Shown here: positions 47,859-52,499 of the stretch, piece after piece
How positions within the stretch are numbered: position 1 is the first letter of the stretch
Layout of the letters: each line of letters begins with the position of its first letter
Assembly: GCF_018977255.1 (NCBI RefSeq)
Contig: NW_024704896.1
Coordinates: 62,001-114,499 of the forward strand
Direction of reading: 5' to 3'
Source of the DNA: Callorhinchus milii
Taxonomy: Eukaryota
Length of the DNA: 52,499 bases
The notes under the pieces: model-generated
Told to the model about the DNA's origin: nothing
Database searches by the model: none
What the model saw: the letters and a program-made list of their open reading frames with translations, nothing else
Translations under genes and position numbers: made by a program

Positions 47859-48607
47859 TGTTAGAATCACAATAGATGTTGCGAACGGGTGAACGTTTAA
47901 GTTAAGTGTGTTGTGGGCAGCGGGACTGAAACTCCCTGCACGGACACGAGATAACGGACTGTCTCAAGGACAGTGTGGTTGTGTGTGTGAGGCACGTACA
48001 CCCCATGAGGTGTTCACGTGAACCCGGCATGATTTCGACCTGGTGATCTAATATCTGCACCATGATTGGATGAACATTGGTATAAGAGTTTCGATAGCTT
48101 TGTGTACGGGGCCGTCCCGGGTCACGGAGACAAAGACAAGGGAGATGGAGCCGACCCTGGTCGCGGAGACAAGGATACGGGAGATGGAGCCATCCTGGGA
48201 CGCGGAGACAAGGATACGGGAGATGGAGCCATCCCGGGTCGTGGAGACAAGGATACGGGAGACGGGGCCATCCGGGGCTGCGGAGTCAAGGGTACGGAGA
48301 TGGAAGACTGAGAGGTGGAAACACTAAGACTGTGGATATCAGATGGAAGATTGAAAGCTGTAAGCAAGAAGACTGAAAGCATGAAGAATCAAGTTTCTGT
48401 ACAGGAAAGACACAGTGTTGAACTCTTGAACTCGAGATATCTATAGCGGTGTTATTCTCTTATAAGATCTGTTGATTGTACCGGCCTTTGGTCTGACCCA
48501 TCGGGATATTGGGGAATAACGAACAAATAATAATAAAACAGTCTAATATCGGTTTAGAGGAATTGGCGTTATTTCCTTGCAGAGTTGGCTGATTTCATTT
48601 TCAAACA
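47859..48607 (+). mobile_element. Possible solo LTR containing a 39-bp tandem repeat (about 5 copies, 48112-48310)
   Basis: TGTT...AACA ends, ATTGG twice then TATAAG near 48080, AATAAA near 48532. No convincing target-site duplication. Confidence 0.4.
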
Positions 48608-51595
48608 TGTTCAATCCCCTTATTGAGATTCTGAACTCAGTGCATTGCAGTACAGTACATATCGTGAACTGTACCGTAGAAGATTTGGTCTGTCTGTTTC
48701 CTTAGAGGTTAAAACTCCCATAACACTGCTTATAAAAAGGAATATCTCAAGATATTCTGGCCGAAAATCCCCATAATGAGCAATATATAACCTATAAAAT
48801 AATATTAATAATCGTTTCATTTGATAGATTGCCTGATCACGTCTTCAAGACGTCTCATAGGGCTTCGCACAAAGCACTGTAAAGTGAATTGTCTGTGTAT
48901 TTTGTGGGAAATGACGGCGGTCAATGTTAAGAGCACTCGCCTTGCAAACGACCTGAGTTCGATTCCAGACACGGCGATGCACTAGTTAAGTTTCCTTATT
49001 CCACTCACCTAATTATAACGCCTGGAGAAAAAAANGTTATAAATTGTTAACTTCCGTCCAGGAATGTGTCTCGGAACTGCTGTGCGCAATTGGCTGCGCG
49101 TTTCATCCACAAATATATAGCGAATTTACTTCATAGAATATTTTGTGTAGCACTTTGAGACGTCCAGAAGACGCGAAAGCGCCACATAATAAGCATGGAT
49201 AATTAATGCTTATTATCTTAAAATGAAAACTTTTTTTTAATAATGAACAAACATATAGTTGCAATGAGATACACACAATATCTGCCAGGTTTGCTCTCTG
49301 CAGAAACCTGTGCTCTCTGGGCAGTGAGCCGTTTCCTTTAACCTGCAGATGAAAATCGCATTAGTTGGAGAACTTCTCCAGCAACAGTGACCGTGCGAAT
49401 CTCTCTCTCATTGGATGCGATTACATTTGAAGAGACAAATCCCATTGAAATAAGCTGAGATATCAATTGGAGCATCAGCTCACAATCATTCAAATCAATA
49501 TTTTTTTATTTAAAATGTCATATCCTTAGTATTTGTATTTCTGTGAAAAAAAATCAGACAGAGCTCTCCACTTTACAAACTTACTTTTCCACAGGGCAAT
49601 GCAAATTTTAAAACAAGATTGTCTCACAGATTCAGACTATTTGGTTTCATAAATGGATGCTTGGATCCGTTTACAAACAGCAGCTCTGTTGCTCATCGTT
49701 TGCCTTCTTTTAATATTCCGCTTGTAATTCATTTGGACGTTTGGACGGAAGGATAGATAGATTAGTTTGATGAATGGATGGAAATATGGATAGGTTGAGT
49801 TGTGTGTATGCTGTTGTGGATCGAAGAGAAAACGGCTGAGTGAATTTACAGATGAATGAACAGATGGATGGGTTGATCTTTGAGGTTCTTTGATGGTTCT
49901 ATTAAGCAATGGATAAATTTGAAATATAGAAGCGCTGGAAGTATTTTTTAGTTTATAGTTGCAGCGCTTGCTTATCAATAAGTCATTGGGTCAGCGATAA
50001 GATAAAGCAAAGTATGTTTGTTACGGTTCCCCTGAAAAAAATATAAAATCCAAAAGCAATTCAATCTTCCCGCTGCTCAAAAAGCTCATGCGTCTAAATT
50101 GCCATCATTGGTTAACAGCAATGACAATGTTCAAATTTCCGAAATGATACTGTAGCACAGCTTAGTGGTTACTTTAAATCATGAATTAAACTGTGGTTAA
50201 AAGGTACAGATCTTTCCTTCAACACGCATTTCGCCGCATTGCTTATTGCACAAAAAAGCAAATCATTTGAAAATTGGTTGTACAAACTCGGGCTCTTGAA
50301 CATTCAAAGCAAATTTCTCAGGATCATTCCCATAGATTTGAAATGGAATTGAGAATCTACTGCCACAAAATGTTGATGGTTTAACTGTTACCTCTGATTT
50401 ACTTATATATATATGGCTAGGCCATTGTGTTGAAATTGCTGTCATTATATGGGACTGTCCCATTCGTACAGACTTTTACACATAATCGAACCTTTCGCAA
50501 ACTATCATTGTCCTGTCCGTTGTGTAAACAATTCGATGTCTTTATGTCAAAAATGTTAACGCCGCGATTTCGAATTTGTGCTCCATTTCTGGCTTCTTAT
50601 TGGCAATTTAATTAATTTTCTTGCACTTTTTAGATGAAGCATACAGTACATCTGTGGCATACTGGTGCTGAATCAGTTGCTTTAATCCTACAGAAACTAT
50701 TACTTATTTGGTATATGTATACATATATATGTATTATGTATATGACTTGGTCTTTCACTCGACGATTGTTTGTGTGACAATTCTGTGTTAAGTTCGGCGT
50801 TTCGCCGAAACATGTATAGACGAATATAAACAGTATATTCTGGCAAACGCTGTGTGACAATTCGCAGTCACCAATTTCTAAGTCTGTGTTGGAGACACTG
50901 ATGCATGGCAATAGATTTATGCATGTATCAACACCACGATTCCACCACTGTCTGACCCTCAAATAAAAGACACAAAACAATAACTATTTACAGAGCAGCG
51001 GTATTTTTNATTTCAATTGTCTCGTAATTTGGCCAACATTTTGTGACCGAATTGGGCACCCTTGAACTGAGATTTGCAGGTGTTGGATTGTCATGCTTCT
51101 TGAAGCACTAGCCTCATAAACAATATTACTTGTGTTCGATTCTTACTTGATTAGTAAGAATTAATTAACTAATTAATTGATTGATTGATAAATTAACCGA
51201 TTAACACTTGATGAGATTTATACCCGAGGCGAATTCTCTCCCTCCAAACAGTGCTATTTACCTATCAGTTATTAGGACAGTGCTTTGCTAGACTGGCTGA
51301 CCACATTTTTGGGCTTATTATTCCTTCAATAAGAAAAACAAAATATAATTGTTGGTCACTCAATTCACAACTTTTTTGGGACTCGCGTGTTTACAGTTGG
51401 CTGCCGTAAACCTCCCACAAACTATATAATCAATGCACGAAGCGATTTGAGTATTCTCGAGAACGTGATGAGTCGCGGTATGAAATGCAAGGATTATTAT
51501 TATCATTATTCCGCACAGCGCAGCGAAGATATTTGCGAAAATAATCTTGTTTCAACGTTCGATGTCAGACATTGGAAAACCACCACACATTTATT

Positions 51596-52499
51596 TCAAC
51601 GCTTTCCCAGGGCTATCAGTTTAAGAAATTGAACGAATGGAAAAAGCACACAAGTTCTCAGCTCCTCTCTGAACTTCCTCTGGCTCACCGCATAAATGCA
51701 CGTGTTTGTCCCGCAGCTGAAAAGCTGGAGCATAATCCCCACTTCTTGTCTGATGAACAACGCATCGTCGAAACCTGAGTAATAGTAGTTTTTCGTGATT
51801 CGGCCATATATACCATTGACCACGTAAGTCATCCAGAGGAGAATAAAACTGCCTGAAACAGCGAAGAGTAAAATAATGGACCTCTTGCGGCTCTCCATCT
51901 CGGGATCTTTCCGTTTGCCGCCAATATTGCCAGCATGGAGTCTTATACGGACATTGCTGCTCACCAGAATGTGTCTGACAGTCAGCGCATTGAATAGCAG
52001 AATCAATAGGAATGGGAGTAAAGGATTCCAAATGTATGTAATGTAGGCATAGATTTTCCATCCAAGCAACAAGGTAAAGCTCTCAGTGTGGACACAGCCC
52101 CATGAGACGTTGCCAATAACGTAGCGAGGACCGAATGCAAAATAATCCCCAATGCTCTTCAAGCAATTTATTGTAAAGAATGTACCGATCACCTTGACCG
52201 CGGTTTGTTCAGTAGCAAATATTAATTTCAACTTTTGGCGACAAATGCACATGAAGCGGTCGAAGCTGAAAGCGACTGTGAACCACACAGAACAATCTGT
52301 GGAGGCCCTGATAAGGACTATATTGACGCGGCAAACCGGGGTGATATTCAGCACCGTGGTGGCAAAGTAAAGGTACCCAGTGCGGTAACATGTCACATCA
52401 AATATAGTCACCATCAGGTCCGCCGCTGCCATTGCCACCAGGTAGCGAGTGATGCATTTGGAGAGACTGCACTTTCCTCTGTGCAGAATCACGATGGCC
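51596..52499 (-). CDS. Class A GPCR, GPR139/GPR142-like family; large coding exon, open at the window edge
   Basis: AIVILHRGKCSLSKCITRYLVAMAAADL (TM1-TM2), FSFDRFMCIC (TM3, DRY-like), WNPLLPFLLI (TM5), SFILLWMT (TM6), CGTNTCIY (TM7, NPxxY-like). No stops over about 300 aa. Confidence 0.9.
   Translation of the reverse strand, partial: AIVILHRGKCSLSKCITRYLVAMAAADLMVTIFDVTCYRTGYLYFATTVLNITPVCRVNIVLIRASTDCSVWFTVAFSFDRFMCICRQKLKLIFATEQTAVKVIGTFFTINCLKSIGDYFAFGPRYVIGNVSWGCVHTESFTLLLGWKIYAYITYIWNPLLPFLLILLFNALTVRHILVSSNVRIRLHAGNIGGKRKDPEMESRKRSIILLFAVSGSFILLWMTYVVNGIYGRITKNYYYSGFDDALFIRQEVGIMLQLFSCGTNTCIYAVSQRKFREELRTCVLFPFVQFLKLIALGKR

Noticed and set aside
48112-48310. CRISPR-like array
   Set aside because: Eukaryotic context; head-to-tail units with no unique spacers.
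48066-48382. Repeat-containing ORFs (GDKDTGDGA...) as a collagen-like or surface protein
   Set aside because: Short, open in several frames because of the 39-bp repeat, and with no splice context.
50630-50980. 116-aa minus-strand ORF with a GQTVVES-like stretch in another frame
   Set aside because: Early stop in that frame, no Cys/Trp framework and no RSS.

Overview
Vertebrate genomic DNA from a cartilaginous fish (shark, ray or chimaera; species not determinable from the window). It is part of the T-cell receptor alpha/delta V-gene array, with all V, D and J segments on the + strand. The dominant structure is four NAR-TCR-type cassettes. Each has a leader, a short IgNAR-like V exon with a 22-bp-spacer RSS, one D (12 or 13/12 RSS) and one J (23 RSS, phase-1 donor). 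Where preserved, a leaderless 'supporting' Vdelta exon with a CDR1 cysteine and a 23-RSS follows. Cassette 4 (40653-44356) looks complete and intact. Cassette 2 has an intact V-D-J but no supporting V. Cassettes 1 and 3 are decayed. None of the D/J segments, RSSs or leader exons appear in the ORF track; I read them directly from the sequence. Six conventional Valpha/delta segments are interleaved (2 intact, 1 open with a broken leader, 3 pseudogenes). On the - strand are a 6-exon RING/B-box/coiled-coil/B30.2 TRIM pseudogene and, at the right edge, a GPR139/142-like GPCR exon. Repeats include a near-full-length L2 LINE, CR1 3' fragments, many tRNA-derived SINEs, microsatellites and three assembly gaps. 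NAR-TCR itself is a known system (first described in nurse shark). The possibly new points are a CR1 3' end abutting the splice acceptor of three of the four leaderless V exons, a candidate substitute supporting V for cassette 2, and the cross-cassette joins the RSS geometry allows.
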